In this document: piece by piece, positions 31,027 to 41,828 of the stretch
Numbering within the stretch: position 1 is the stretch's first letter
Layout: every line of letters begins with the position of its first letter
Translations under genes and position numbers: made by a program
Source: the human T2T-CHM13v2.0 reference genome, Homo sapiens
NCBI RefSeq assembly: GCF_009914755.1
Contig: NC_060926.1
DNA: 64,000 nucleotides
Strand: one strand, 5' to 3'
Notes under the pieces: generated by a model
What the model was told of the DNA's origin: nothing
Seen by the model: the letters and a program-made list of their open reading frames with translations, nothing else
The model's database searches: none

Positions 31027-32130
31027 TCAGTGGGGTCCCGCACAGATGGGACATGGCTTAGGAGGAATCCTGGGCTGCGGGCATTCCTTGGCTTGGTGGC
31101 CAGATTTTTGGCACTTGTAGCAAGCTCCTGGGGGAGGAGGTTCTGGAGGAATGCCTGGCCGCTGCGGTTCAGGCGTTTGGAAGTTATTGTGTGCTGGAGA
31201 TGTGGCTGGGGTTTGTCTCACAGTGGAGGCAAGGAATTGCAACTTTTTTCTATTACTGTACACCTTGAAGGTGAGGTTAATTAAGTCCTGTTGTGGGGTT
31301 TGAGGGCCATATTCTAATTTTAGGAGTTTTATTTAATGTCAGGAGCAGATTGGGTAATAAAATGTATATTGAGAATAAGACGGCCTGTAGACCTTTTAGG
31401 GTCTAGGGCTGTAAAGCGTCTCAGGGTTGCTGCCAAACGAGCCATGAACTGGGCTGGATTTTTATATTTGATGAAAAAGAGCCTAAATGCTATCTGACTT
31501 GGGATAAAGAAAAAGGAGCCTTAACCTTGACTATGCCTTTAACTCTAGCCATCTTTTTAAGAGTAAATTGCTGAGCAGGTGGGGAAGAGCTAGTTGTGGA
31601 ACTAAACTGTAAGCCGGACCGGGTGTGAGGAGGGGAGGTGATAGAAGGATTATAGGGTGGAGGAGCGGAGGCTGAGGAAGAATTGGGACTTAGCTCGGCC
31701 TGGCGACGAGCAGCCTGGGGAGGAGGGGAAAGGTCAGATGGGTCTGTAGAAAAGGAAGACTGGAAAAACTCAGCGACGCTTGGGGTTGGGACTGAGGGGA
31801 CAGGCAGCAGGGAAAGGTGGATCTGGGAGGAATCGCATTGGGAACAAGGCTAGGGAGGGAATGAAGTGTGAAAAATGCCTGGACGTAAGGCACCTCAGGG
31901 CATTTGCCCATTTTTCGACAAAAATTATTTAGGTCTTGTAGGATGGAGAAATCGAAAGTGCCGTTTTCTGGCCATTTAGAGCCATTGTCAGGTTTGTATT
32001 GGGGCCAAGCGGTGTTGCAGAAGAAAATAAGGTGTTTAGGTTTTAGGTCAGGTGTGAGTTGAAGAGGTTTTAAGTTCTTGAGGACACAGGCTAAGGGAGA
32101 AGAAGGAGGAATGGAGGGTGGAAGGTTGCC
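31027..32130 (-). pseudogene. HERV-H gag remnant (matrix-like N-terminus; nucleocapsid zinc knuckle)
   Basis: LIFFCNTAWPQYK..GSKWPENGTFDF in ORF 31690-32175. CYKCQKSGHQAKEC (CX2CX4HX4C) and CPICAGPH* in ORF 31027-31263. Interrupted by stops and frameshifts. Confidence 0.88.
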
Positions 32131-32227
32131 TATAGTGAAGGAGGCAAACCCAGAGAAAAAAGAGTGTAGAGACACGGAGGGAAGGGGTTCAGGGTTCTTA
32201 CCCTCCAGAAAAGCGGGAAGGGGTGTT

Positions 32228-32374
32228 GGGGCACAGAGATAAGGGATTGAGGCACAGAGATAAGAGGTCGGGGTGTGGAAATAAGGGATTGGGGCACAGA
32301 GATAAGAGGTCGGGGTGTGGAAATAAGGGATTGGGGCACAGAGATAAGAGGTTGGGGTGTGGAAATAAGGGATT
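32228..32374. repeat. Tandem repeat in HERV-H leader (42-bp unit of two related 21-mers, ~3.5 copies)
   Basis: GGGGCACAGAGATAAGAGGTC-GGGGTGTGGAAATAAGGGATT repeated. Confidence 0.9.
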
Positions 32375-32961
32375 GGGGGTTCTTGCCCCCTAGAAAAGTG
32401 GGGCTTGTCACTAAGGGTGAAGGAGAAGGGGTTGAGGGGTACTTGCTCCTCCCCCAGAAAAGCAGAGAAGGGGTAGAGACACGGAGAGAAGGGGTTGGGG
32501 TACTTGCCCCTCCTCCAGAAAAGCAGGACTTGCCACTAAGGGTGAAGGACCAAGGCAGGCGTCCCTGCATGGTCTGACACCTTTGAAACGTGGTTGAATA
32601 ATTAGGTGTCCCTGCAATGATTAAACACCAAGGGAAGCCTGCCTTCCCAGTCCGTGACCGGCGCCGGAGTTTTGGGTCCAAGGATAAAACGTGTCTCCTT
32701 TGTCTCTACCAGAAAATGAAAGGAATTGAAATTAAGAGAAGGGAGAGATTGAAGTGTGGCGCCAAGATTGAAAGGAGGAAGAGGTTGAGGGATAGTGAGG
32801 GAAGTTGGAGAAGAGAGTAAAAAGAGGCCGCTTACCGGATTTGAAATTGGTGAGATGTTTCTTGGGCTGGTCGGTCTGAGGACCTGAGGTCGTACGTGGA
32901 TCTTTCTCACGGAGCAAAGAGCAGGAGGACAGGGGATTGATCTCCTAAGGGAGGTCCCCCG

Positions 32962-32979
32962 ATCCGAGTCACGGCACCA
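32962..32979 (-). other. Primer binding site complementary to tRNA-His(GUG)
   Basis: Minus strand TGGTGCCGTGACTCGGAT; plus strand ATCCGAGTCACGGCACCA equals the 3' 18 nt of tRNA-His including CCA. Confidence 0.95.
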
Positions 32980-32981
32980 AA

Positions 32982-33377
32982 TTTCATGCGCGTCCGTGTG
33001 AAGAGACCAGCAAACAGGCTTTGTGTGAGCAACATAGCTGTTTATTTCACCTGGGTGCAGGTGGGCCGAGTCCGAAAAGAGAGTTAGCAAAGGGTGGTGG
33101 ATTATCATTAGTTCTTATAGGTTTTGGGATAGGTGGTGAAGTTAAGAGCAATGTTGTGCAGGCAGGGGTGGATCTCAGTACATTCTCAAGGGTGGGGGAG
33201 ATTACAAAGTACATTAATCAGTTAGGGTGGGGCAGGAACAAATCACATTGGTGGAGTGTCATCAGTTAAGGCTATTTTTACTTCTTTTGTGGATCTTCAG
33301 TTACTTCAGGCCATCTGGATGTATACGTGCAAGTCACAGGGGATGTGATGGCTTGGCTTGGGCTCAGAGGCCTGACA
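32982..33377 (-). mobile_element. HERV-H 5' LTR (LTR7 family, LTR7Y/LTR7B-type repeats), 396 bp
   Basis: TG start; TATA CCTATAAGAA; AATAAA; ~31-bp CCCCACCC-containing U3 repeats. Immediately followed by the PBS. Confidence 0.93.
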
Positions 33378-34751
33378 ATCTTTGTCTCCGCTCGTGCCCA
33401 TGACCTGCTGGCCAAGCTCACTGACCTTGGGAGTACACCAAATCAAGCTGGAATAGTCTTTTTTTCCCCAGGAGTTTTGTAACTTTGATTCACTGAAGCC
33501 ATAAGTTGGCACCAGGTGCCCTGGAAAGTCCACAAATCCTGCTGCTCAGGCCTCACTGCCCTGCTTCCTTTTCACCTGGGGTGCAGCTTTTTATTGCATT
33601 CTGATAGTTCTTCTAGAAATCGTCTAGTAAATATAAAACATTCTCCTTGCCTTCTGGATTGTTTCTTATTTATTTAGCCAGCAGCTGTTGGTGTCCAGTA
33701 CTAGTGACTACAATCACCTTAACCAATACCAGCCACAATTGAAGCATGGCTTAGTGCTGAAGAGGCCAAGCCTGCACTTGAATCTTGCCATCACACTCAC
33801 CAGCTGTGTGACTTTGGGCACATCACTTTTTCTCTGAGTCCCAGTCTCCTTATCAAAATGAGGAAAATAAGCCCCAATGCATAGATTAATTGTGTGGATT
33901 TTCTGAGATAATCTATGCTTGGCATGCATTACATTCTGAAAAAAACAAAACAAAACAAAACAAAACGATTAGCTGCTGTTATATTATTATTTGAGTTTAA
34001 AGGGTTGCAAGCAGGCTCCCTGGAACTGGGAGCTCCCATTTACCATGCTTGGTGTAGCACACTGATAACAAACACAGATGATAAAGGGGGCTAGACTGAT
34101 TTTTTAAGTGGCCTTTTGACATGCAGTGGAAGGCACTTGACCTCTGACAGCAGATTAATTTCTAGAACAGAGTCCCAGGCTTGGTGTCCCTTCTGGATTA
34201 TCCAGCTATTTACATCACAAAGGGGAGTCATGTGGGTGTGCCAGCTCTGTGGATTGGAGCAGAGTCTGAACTGATGAGGTCAATGTTTGAGCATACAAAC
34301 TGAAGAAGTTCTTTCCAGGCCATAGACTGCATACCCTTTTTAGCCATCCAGTATGTGCAGTGAGGATGCAGTCAATGGCCTGGAAGAGTATTTCTCACCT
34401 GGGGGAGAGTGTGGTTGGCTCCATGGAACCCCTTGCCACTGCTGGAAAGAGTCCAGAATGTTTGCTCCTAGCTGAGTGTTTGGCAGGGGTTGTTAGTCCA
34501 CTGGGGTTTCAGGTACTGAGGTGTCTGGGGTATGAGACTTGGAGATAGTGTCAGAGAATTTTGCTGCTGGTAATAAAATAAAACTCCAAGTAGATTTAGC
34601 TCTGGAAGGGCTTTCTTGATGTGGGAAAAACAACTGGGACCAAATGGCCCTTGTGTGTCAATGCTAGTCATTCTTGGGGCTTGCCACTACCCACCCCACT
34701 GCCACCCCTTGGCTCCCACTACCTTCTTAGGCCCAGTAGCTGAGGTTGCTA

Positions 34752-35067
34752 TTTTATTCTTTTTTTTCCTCTTTTTCTGGGACAGGGTCTTGCTCTGTTG
34801 CTCAGGCTGGAGTGCAGTGACACGATCATGGCTCATTGCAGCTTGGAACTCTGGGCCTCAAATGATGTTCCCATGGCAGCCTCCTGAGTAGCTGGGACTA
34901 CAGGTGTGTGCTACCGTGCCTGGCTTCTTTTTTTTTTTTTTTTTTTGAGTAGAGACAGGATCTTACTATGCTGCTCAGGCTGATCTCAAACTCCTGGGCT
35001 CAAGCAATCCTCTCGCTTTGGCCTCCCAATGTGCTGGGATTACAGGCATGCCCCACCGCACCCAGCC
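34752..35067 (-). mobile_element. AluJ SINE
   Basis: Reverse-orientation dimer with an expanded central T tract at ~34928-34946. Confidence 0.9.
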
Positions 35068-35849
35068 TGTGGCTGCGCTTTCAATGCCCCAGTCCAACTG
35101 GGCACAAACCCTTTGTCTTATCTCCCTTTAGCTCAGATGTGGCAGCTGGAATTTCTCAAAATCTGGAAATCTTGAGGACGGACCCAGAAAATAAGAGTAG
35201 AAGAAGAGTAAAAACCAGGCTGGCTTCAAGAGAACAGAGACCTCCTGCCCACCTGTTTTATTCCCAGAGGGTCCCAAGAAGAGATTTATTTCTCCCTTCT
35301 TGTCCCAAAGGGTTGGGCCACCTCTGCAGGCACTTGCTGGCTTTCCTTCTTAGCTTCCTCTGGGCTTTCTCCAGGGAGTGGGCGCTAAATCACCATCCCT
35401 ACCCAGGTAGCCTCTCCTACACAGCTTAGCCCTCCTTAGTTCTCCCTTAATATGCAAGGCTGGAAGGACCCCAGGAAAAACCTCAGGTCTTCAGAGGAGG
35501 CTTTGTCTGCCACAGACTGGAAGCAATGCCGGCTTCATGCAGGTCTGCAGTTGAGGCAGCAACTATCTAAGTGTTACCCACCAAGTCCAGAGGGCTGTTT
35601 TCTCACAGAGGTTTTAGGTACATGTTTCTTTCATTGGAAAACTAAAATTCAAATGTGGTTAAATGACATGCCCAAGGTCACTGATTGATTCTGAAATTAC
35701 GGTTCAATTCATGTCCCCTGATGGCAAGCCTTGTTCTCTTTACCTTATACACACACCCTGAGATTGTATTGTTTCATGCCTGCCTTCCCCACTTCTCTCT
35801 CCTCTCCTCCCCCAGAATTCACTGTCCCATGACCAAAGTCCTTGGAGCT

Positions 35850-36560
35850 ATTTTGATTTACAGATGAAGGAAACATTTACAGAAACTCAGTGGACACTCA
35901 ATAAGTCTCGGTTGAATGACATTGACAGAAAGAGTTGTTGATAATCGTAGAGATAATAATGCAACTAAATGATCCATTTTAAAGGGGAAAAAGTCTTTCT
36001 GAAAAGGAATAGACAGCAGTGATTTAAAATCTGATGACTCTGTGGTCCCAGGGTAATTTTTCATGGCGTTACATTCTGGCTTCCACAGTGCTTTTGGTAA
36101 GGGGACATACCTATTTCACAAAAGTGGAGGATAACATAATAATTAATATTAAACATTTTTCTTTGAAGGTTCTGCAATTGAGTAACAAAAACCAGCAAAG
36201 CTTTAGTATGAGAAGCCAGGGAATCATGGCCATAGGAATAACATTCATATTAAATTGATTTAAATGACAGCCTCAAATACAATGCGATTAAAAGAAATAC
36301 AACAAACGTGGTGGAGTTTAGAGCATCTGGGTCTGTTTAAATTGCTCTTGTTTTTCAAGATCAAGGGTATTATTGATAAAAACAAAAATCTTTGTAATCA
36401 CTAAATTTAATCCAACTAACGATGATGAGAAGACCGTTGTAAACATGAAACATAACTTGGGAACTAAATCTTACATATTTTCCTTTTTGGGAAAGGCATG
36501 CTTTCAGTCACTTGCACTGGAGAACGCTGCAGGACCAGCAAGGCAGGGTTTATGGGCTAA
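35850..36560. promoter_or_regulatory. Candidate homeodomain-site-rich enhancer
   Basis: TGATTTAC (35854), TGACAG x2, TAATTAATATTAA, CTTTGAAG, TTTATGG in unique AT-rich sequence. Confidence 0.4.
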
Positions 36561-36697
36561 TCAGTTGCCAGAGAGACAGCCCCAACCAGCCGGCACTTCA
36601 GAAGGTTGGAACTGTTAGCCACAGCAACGCTGAACAGCAGCAGGGAATTACCTCTGGTCTCATAAAACCTGTAGGAGGAAAAGAAGCAATTGTGCAT

Positions 36698-36850
36698 CTT
36701 CCTTCCTTCCTCCCTCCCTCCCTCCCTCCCTCCCTCCCTCCCTCTGTCCCTCCGTCCCTCCCTCTCTGCTTTCTTCCTTCCTTACTGTCTCTTCTTTCTT
36801 CCTTTTCTTCCTTACTCTCTCTTCTTCCTTTCCTTTCTCTTTCCTTTCCA
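36698..36850. repeat. (CCTT)n/(CCCT)n simple repeat followed by a short Alu fragment (~36880-36932)
   Basis: CTTCCTTCCTTCCTCCCTCCCTCCCTCC... Confidence 0.85.
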
Positions 36851-38989
36851 TTTGCTGAGGCTGGGCTCACATGCTCCTACTGCTTCAGCCTGCCGAGTAG
36901 CTGGGACTATAGGCATGCACCACCACACCCAGCTTCAACCTCAGTATTTCCTACATTTTTCCTTTGCATCCACAGCAAATCTGACCAGTCTTTTCTGAAC
37001 CTCATATCCCAACACGACCACAACTTCCCTGAAACTTCAAAGCATTGTGTTTGCTCCTCTTTGACACACACATCTGTTCAGCTTTGTACTGACTTAGTTG
37101 TGTTTCTTACATCCTATTTAGATAATACCCTCCTTGAAGTCAAGGGCTTTCTTACTCTTTCTTTACTTTTTACCTCTGCAAATCTTGCACAGGGTCTCAC
37201 AGTGATAAGTGCTCAAATTGCACACTTGTTGGATTAACTTGGATACCAGACTCCAAGTGCAATGCATTGAGATGAGCTGAACTGGTCCCTGCCACTGCTT
37301 CTGGTTTGGGGGTCCCCATTAGACCTGGCTCCCAATCTCTGGAGAGGCCTGAGGAACAGGAAGATGAACCTTAGGTTCTGTTGGTTGTGAGAAACAGAGA
37401 CTCACTCAAGTAACTACAGGAGAAGGGAGGATGGCCCAGACCAGAATGTGATGTAGAACCAAGGAAGCTGGCATAGAGTTTTCTCCCATAGGTGGCCTGG
37501 TCTATTTGTATCCCCATGTTTCTGCTGCTTTTTGTGTGTTTTTTCCATTCTCCTTCTGGTAATTCTTTGAGTCTAGCTTCTGTTTACTTATAATTTCTGT
37601 TCCTATGTAACTTTGGCTTTTACTAGATTATCATGGCTTCTCTGGTTTCTTCATCCATTACAAATGTTCTGTTTTAGCCTCTTTGGTGATTACATCCTTC
37701 ACTTGGCATACCTTGGTTCAAATGCCTTGGAAAGAGACTAGGATGGGCACAGCTCATCTTTGGGATTGACTGCCCTTGATCTAGGTGTCTGCCCCTGGTC
37801 CAATCAGCAATTCCAGGGCTCAAGATGTGGAAAGGGCAGGTCATTCATTGCAAAACCATAGCTCCTTAAAGATTATGCATAACACAAGTAACTTCTGTCA
37901 GAACAGCATTGAAGGTGTGGCAGGCATTCTGAGGCTGGGTCTGTCCAGTTTGGGGATATCCTCCAGGGCTGTCTTTTGCTGCTATGTTGGGAACCAGAGC
38001 ACAAGTAAATGCAGGAATGGTCAAGAGAAACAATCTTCTAGTTGTCCGGAATCTCCATCATCTCACAACGTCACATCTTCCTTTCCCCAATACACACCCT
38101 CACCAGAGTGTTTCCTGACATGAGATGTGTAAAGAGGGGCAAGATGGAAGAAAATCAGCAAACCAAGCAGTCTTAATATTAATGTGAGGAAGCGCTGTGA
38201 ATTTTACAAGTGAGAACATCAGTCTCCACTAGGAAGATCACAAGGAGAGAAAAAGAAGATAGACTGAGCGATGAACTTAATACCCAGCCAATTCAGAGGG
38301 TGAGAGAAGCCAGGCCCTCAGGATGCTGACAGGAGAATCTAATAAAATGGCAATTGATGTAATCAAGAGTAACTACAGCTTTAGATGTGAGAATGAATTT
38401 TAAAAGGCTGAGTACTGATTTTCCAACACTAGTACAGTGTTGACCAACAGAAGGGACACCATCCTAGCCTTTCCATTTGCAGCTTCAAGTGAATTTCATA
38501 AATTACCAATGAATTTCTCCTTTTTGCAATGCCTGAATTTTCTCTGGATATGTATACGGAGATACTTTAAAAGAAAAAAGCCAACAGTTATAGATCAACC
38601 TTTATTCTGTATTTAGAAGCAACTGCAAAGTCCTTCCTTCCATTCTTCCTTCCTTCTTCCTCTCCTCCCTTATTCTTTTTCCTTTCTTCATTACTTCTTT
38701 CCTTCCTCCAATATTTGTGAACATCCTTTTTGTGTAAGTCATAGTATGCATAAATAGAATTTTTATTCAATAGCATAAGAAATACAAATATATACAGTAG
38801 TACAACAAATCCAACATTTATTAAAGGCTTTCTGTGTCCTAGGTGCTATTCTAAGCTCCTTACATATATCAGTTAATCCTCTCAATGGCCTTAAATGTGG
38901 GTACTAATATTATCCTCTCTTGTAAAAAAAAAAAAAAAAAAAAGAAAAAGAAAAAGGAGTAAGTGGATCAATGACTTTCTCAAGATCAT

Positions 38990-39358
38990 TGTCTTAATCT
39001 GATAGAGCTACCATAACAAAATACCATAGACTATGTGGCTTAAACCACAGGCATTTATTTCTGACAGTTCTGGAAGCTGAGGAGTCCAAGATCAAGTGTA
39101 GCTGATTCGGTTCCTGGTAAGGACTCCCTTCCTGGTTTGCAGACAGCTGCCTTCTAATGCCATGTTTACATAAACTTTCCTCAGCGAGTGATCTCTCTCT
39201 CTCTACTTACAAGGCAACTAATCCCATATTGACCGCCCCATGACTTAATTTAATCCTAATTACCTCCCAAAGGCCTCATCTTCAATGCTGTCACAATGGA
39301 GGTTAGGACTTCAGCATATAAATTTGGGAGGGAGGACACCAACATTAAGTCTCTAACA
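38990..39358 (-). mobile_element. MaLR solo LTR (MLT1A-like)
   Basis: CCATAACAAAATACCATAGACTATGTGGCTTAAAC...TTTATTTCTGACAGTTCTGGAAGCTG...GTCCAAGATCAAG...TAATTACCTCCCAAAGGCC. Confidence 0.75.
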
Positions 39359-40124
39359 ATCATACAGTCAGAAAAGTGGAAAAAAAGTAATCAGCTTCAA
39401 TGTTAGTAGAACCATAAGCAGTGTGAGTGGACCACTCAGGCCATTGTGGGATGTAGAAGGAGAGGAGCTCAGGGGGAAGGAGAAAGAGGAGGAAGAGCCT
39501 GCATGTCTGCTCACAGCTGACCCAGAATTGCTTTCTGGAGGGAGAAGTTTCAGGAGGAGGGTACGGGAGAATAGTCTACCACAAGCACAGGCCATTAAGG
39601 AATGTGGAGGCTGTTAGGTTCAAGCCCTGAACTTGAGTCCTGCCTTTACTACTTCCCACCTGAATATCCTTGGGCAAGTCTTTTATCCTGTCTTTCCACA
39701 GTTGTGTAGACCATTTGAGGAGGCATCTTGTATACTGTGAAAAGCCATTTGGATATTTCATTTGAAATGGCCATAGCCAGGGGAGACATGATTTGAGCAA
39801 AACTGATGTCTGTAGCAGTGGCCAGCTCTTCTTGGTCTGCACTGTAAGCACAGGCCTGGACCACAGTCCTCAACCAAACTGTGTCTACTTGTGTCGACCT
39901 GTTCCCTTTGATAAAGCTGAGTCCCCATAGGTCGTGGGGCCTGGACCAGCCACTGGAGGAACACTCAGGAAGAGAGAAGCCAATGGGCTTCCTCAGGAGA
40001 ATTTGCTCCAGGACTGTTACCATTTTTCCCAGACTAGTGACTTCTAGGCCTTCTTAAGAAATTAGTGAAGCAAGCCTGCTTGTGGCAAGATAAAAGAGAA
40101 GGGAAGACAGTCACAAAGAACCAC

Positions 40125-40378
40125 ATATTCTATAATTCCATTTACACAGAATAGGCAAATCCATAGAGACAGAAAACTAATTTGTGGTTACCAGAAGCTG
40201 GGGGAGAGAGGGAGTGATTGCTGTGGGTATGGGGTTTCTTTTTGGAGTGATGAAAATATTCTGGAATGCGATTGTGGTGATGGTTGCACAACCTTGTGAA
40301 TATACTAAAAAGGATTGAACATAGGGTCTGTAAAAAGATGAATTTTATGGTATATAAATTAAATCACAATTTTATAAA
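40125..40378 (+). mobile_element. Old L1M (L1MB-like) 3' UTR fragment
   Basis: AGAATAGGCAAATCCATAGAGACAGAAA...GGTGATGGTTGCACAACCTTGTGAATATACTAAAA. Confidence 0.75.
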
Positions 40379-41690
40379 AGTTAAGAGAGGAGGCCCCCAG
40401 CAAGGTTCCTATTGTTGTGGGAGATTTCCTTATTGTGGATGTCCCTCTGAGTGGAGGGGACACCACAGGGTCCCAGAGCTTCAAAGAAGGTAACCCTCTG
40501 CAGGGTATGATGGGGGCAACTCTGAGGGGGATTCACAGACAGGTCCCTGGCACAGATGGCCCGTGGGAAGAGAGGCAGATAGGCCTGAGGTCAGGTCCTC
40601 CCTGAGCAACAGTCCCCAGAAGACCAAAGTGATGTCAGCGTGGCAGAGGGCACATGGGGTGGGGGGAATTCCTGCCTCTGAAAGTCCACCCCAAGCACTT
40701 TAAGATGGTCATTGGAAGAGGAAACCATGACCCAGACTGGGCACATAGCTTGTGGTTTGGTGGGAGGAAGGGCACTGTGCTCGTGTCAACCCCAGTCTAG
40801 CATGGAGGTCTTGAAAGGCTGCCTGGATGCTTTGCAGCTTTGCTTGTGGCTTTACCTCCAGCACATGCACACCCTCTCCTCCCTTTAGTGGAGGTCTTGG
40901 GAGGATAATTTTTGCATTTTTTTTAAAAGGAAATATAGCAAGTATTCATCTTGATCTGCGAACTCAGGTACACACACACACAGAAATCACTTTATATATT
41001 TTCTTTAAATCAGCTTAATTCCAACTCTAAACCCTCATCCTGTGGGCTGGTGGGAAATCCATTATGGGCTCCACCTACCACCTGGCCTTGGGCAGCACTA
41101 GGATCTAGGAAGTTTATGTGGTGTCTGGAGAAAAGGAAGTGCCTCCACCCCTTAGTGAATCAAACTCCAGGCATGAGTGTTCCCTTGAAATCTCACGGCA
41201 TGGGCCAGGGGTCTTGGATGGGGCAGGGACTCTCTCAGTTTTCCCTGCTGAGGGCTTACCACCTCCCTAGGAAGCTGCCCTGAGCTATGTGGGAGACCCT
41301 GCTCCCGCAAGGCACACCATGGCCTGTTTTATCCATTAGATACTAAAGCCCAAGAGCTTTGCAACGGCTTAGAAAATGTCTGATCATTGGAAGAAAGTCC
41401 ATGGGCTTCAAAATTTAAAAAGAGAACTGCAAAATGGAAATAAACACATGCTTAATTGTGTTTACGAAATCTAATACTGTCATCTTCATTAATTGTTAAA
41501 CTTAATATTCTTGAAAACATCATTCTATTTGAAAACAATTTGCTGGTTTATCTCACTTTGCAAGAATTTCTGAGTATAATAATGTTGGCTAAGGGGTCAT
41601 TCTTGGTCAGGAAAAAAGAAAAGCAACACCAGGGAACAACTTCTGGAATAATGAAGAAATGATATTCAAACTATGCCAGGTTTCTTAAAG

Positions 41691-41828
41691 CAGGGCTTCT
41701 CAAATACTAATACGTGCCCATGAGTCACCACCTGGGGGTCAAGTTAAAATGCAGATTTGGATTCAGTAAGTAGCAGGTGAGGTAAAGCTGATACTGGTAG
41801 TCTCCAGACCACAGTTTGTTTAGCCAAG
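41691..41828. mobile_element. MER5-family hAT-Charlie MITE fragment
   Basis: CAGGGCTTCTCAAA...GTTAAAATGCAGATTTGGATTCAGTA...GACCACAGTTTG. Confidence 0.6.

Larger units (their letters stand above)
27684..33377 (-). mobile_element. HERV-H provirus, common internally deleted ~5.7-kb form, with two LTRs
   Basis: Both LTRs start TGTCAGGCCTCTGAGCCCAAG and end GCGCATGAAA. 5-bp TSD ATCTT at 27679-27683 and 33378-33382. His PBS, gag/pro/pol remnants, and polypurine tract AAGAAGGCAGGAA before the 3' LTR. Confidence 0.97.

Noticed and set aside
32130-32681. 183-aa ORF with LISVPQSLISTPRP repeats; regularly spaced repeats superficially array-like
   Set aside because: Product of the HERV-H leader tandem repeat; no unique spacers, so not CRISPR-like, and no evidence of a real protein.
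32962-32979. Sequence identical to the tRNA-His 3' end
   Set aside because: Not a tRNA gene: only 18 nt including CCA, in the retroviral PBS position.
36512-37237. 241-aa ORF with hydrophobic Leu/Ser/Pro stretch
   Set aside because: Translation of a (CCCT)n/(CCTT)n simple repeat and an Alu fragment.
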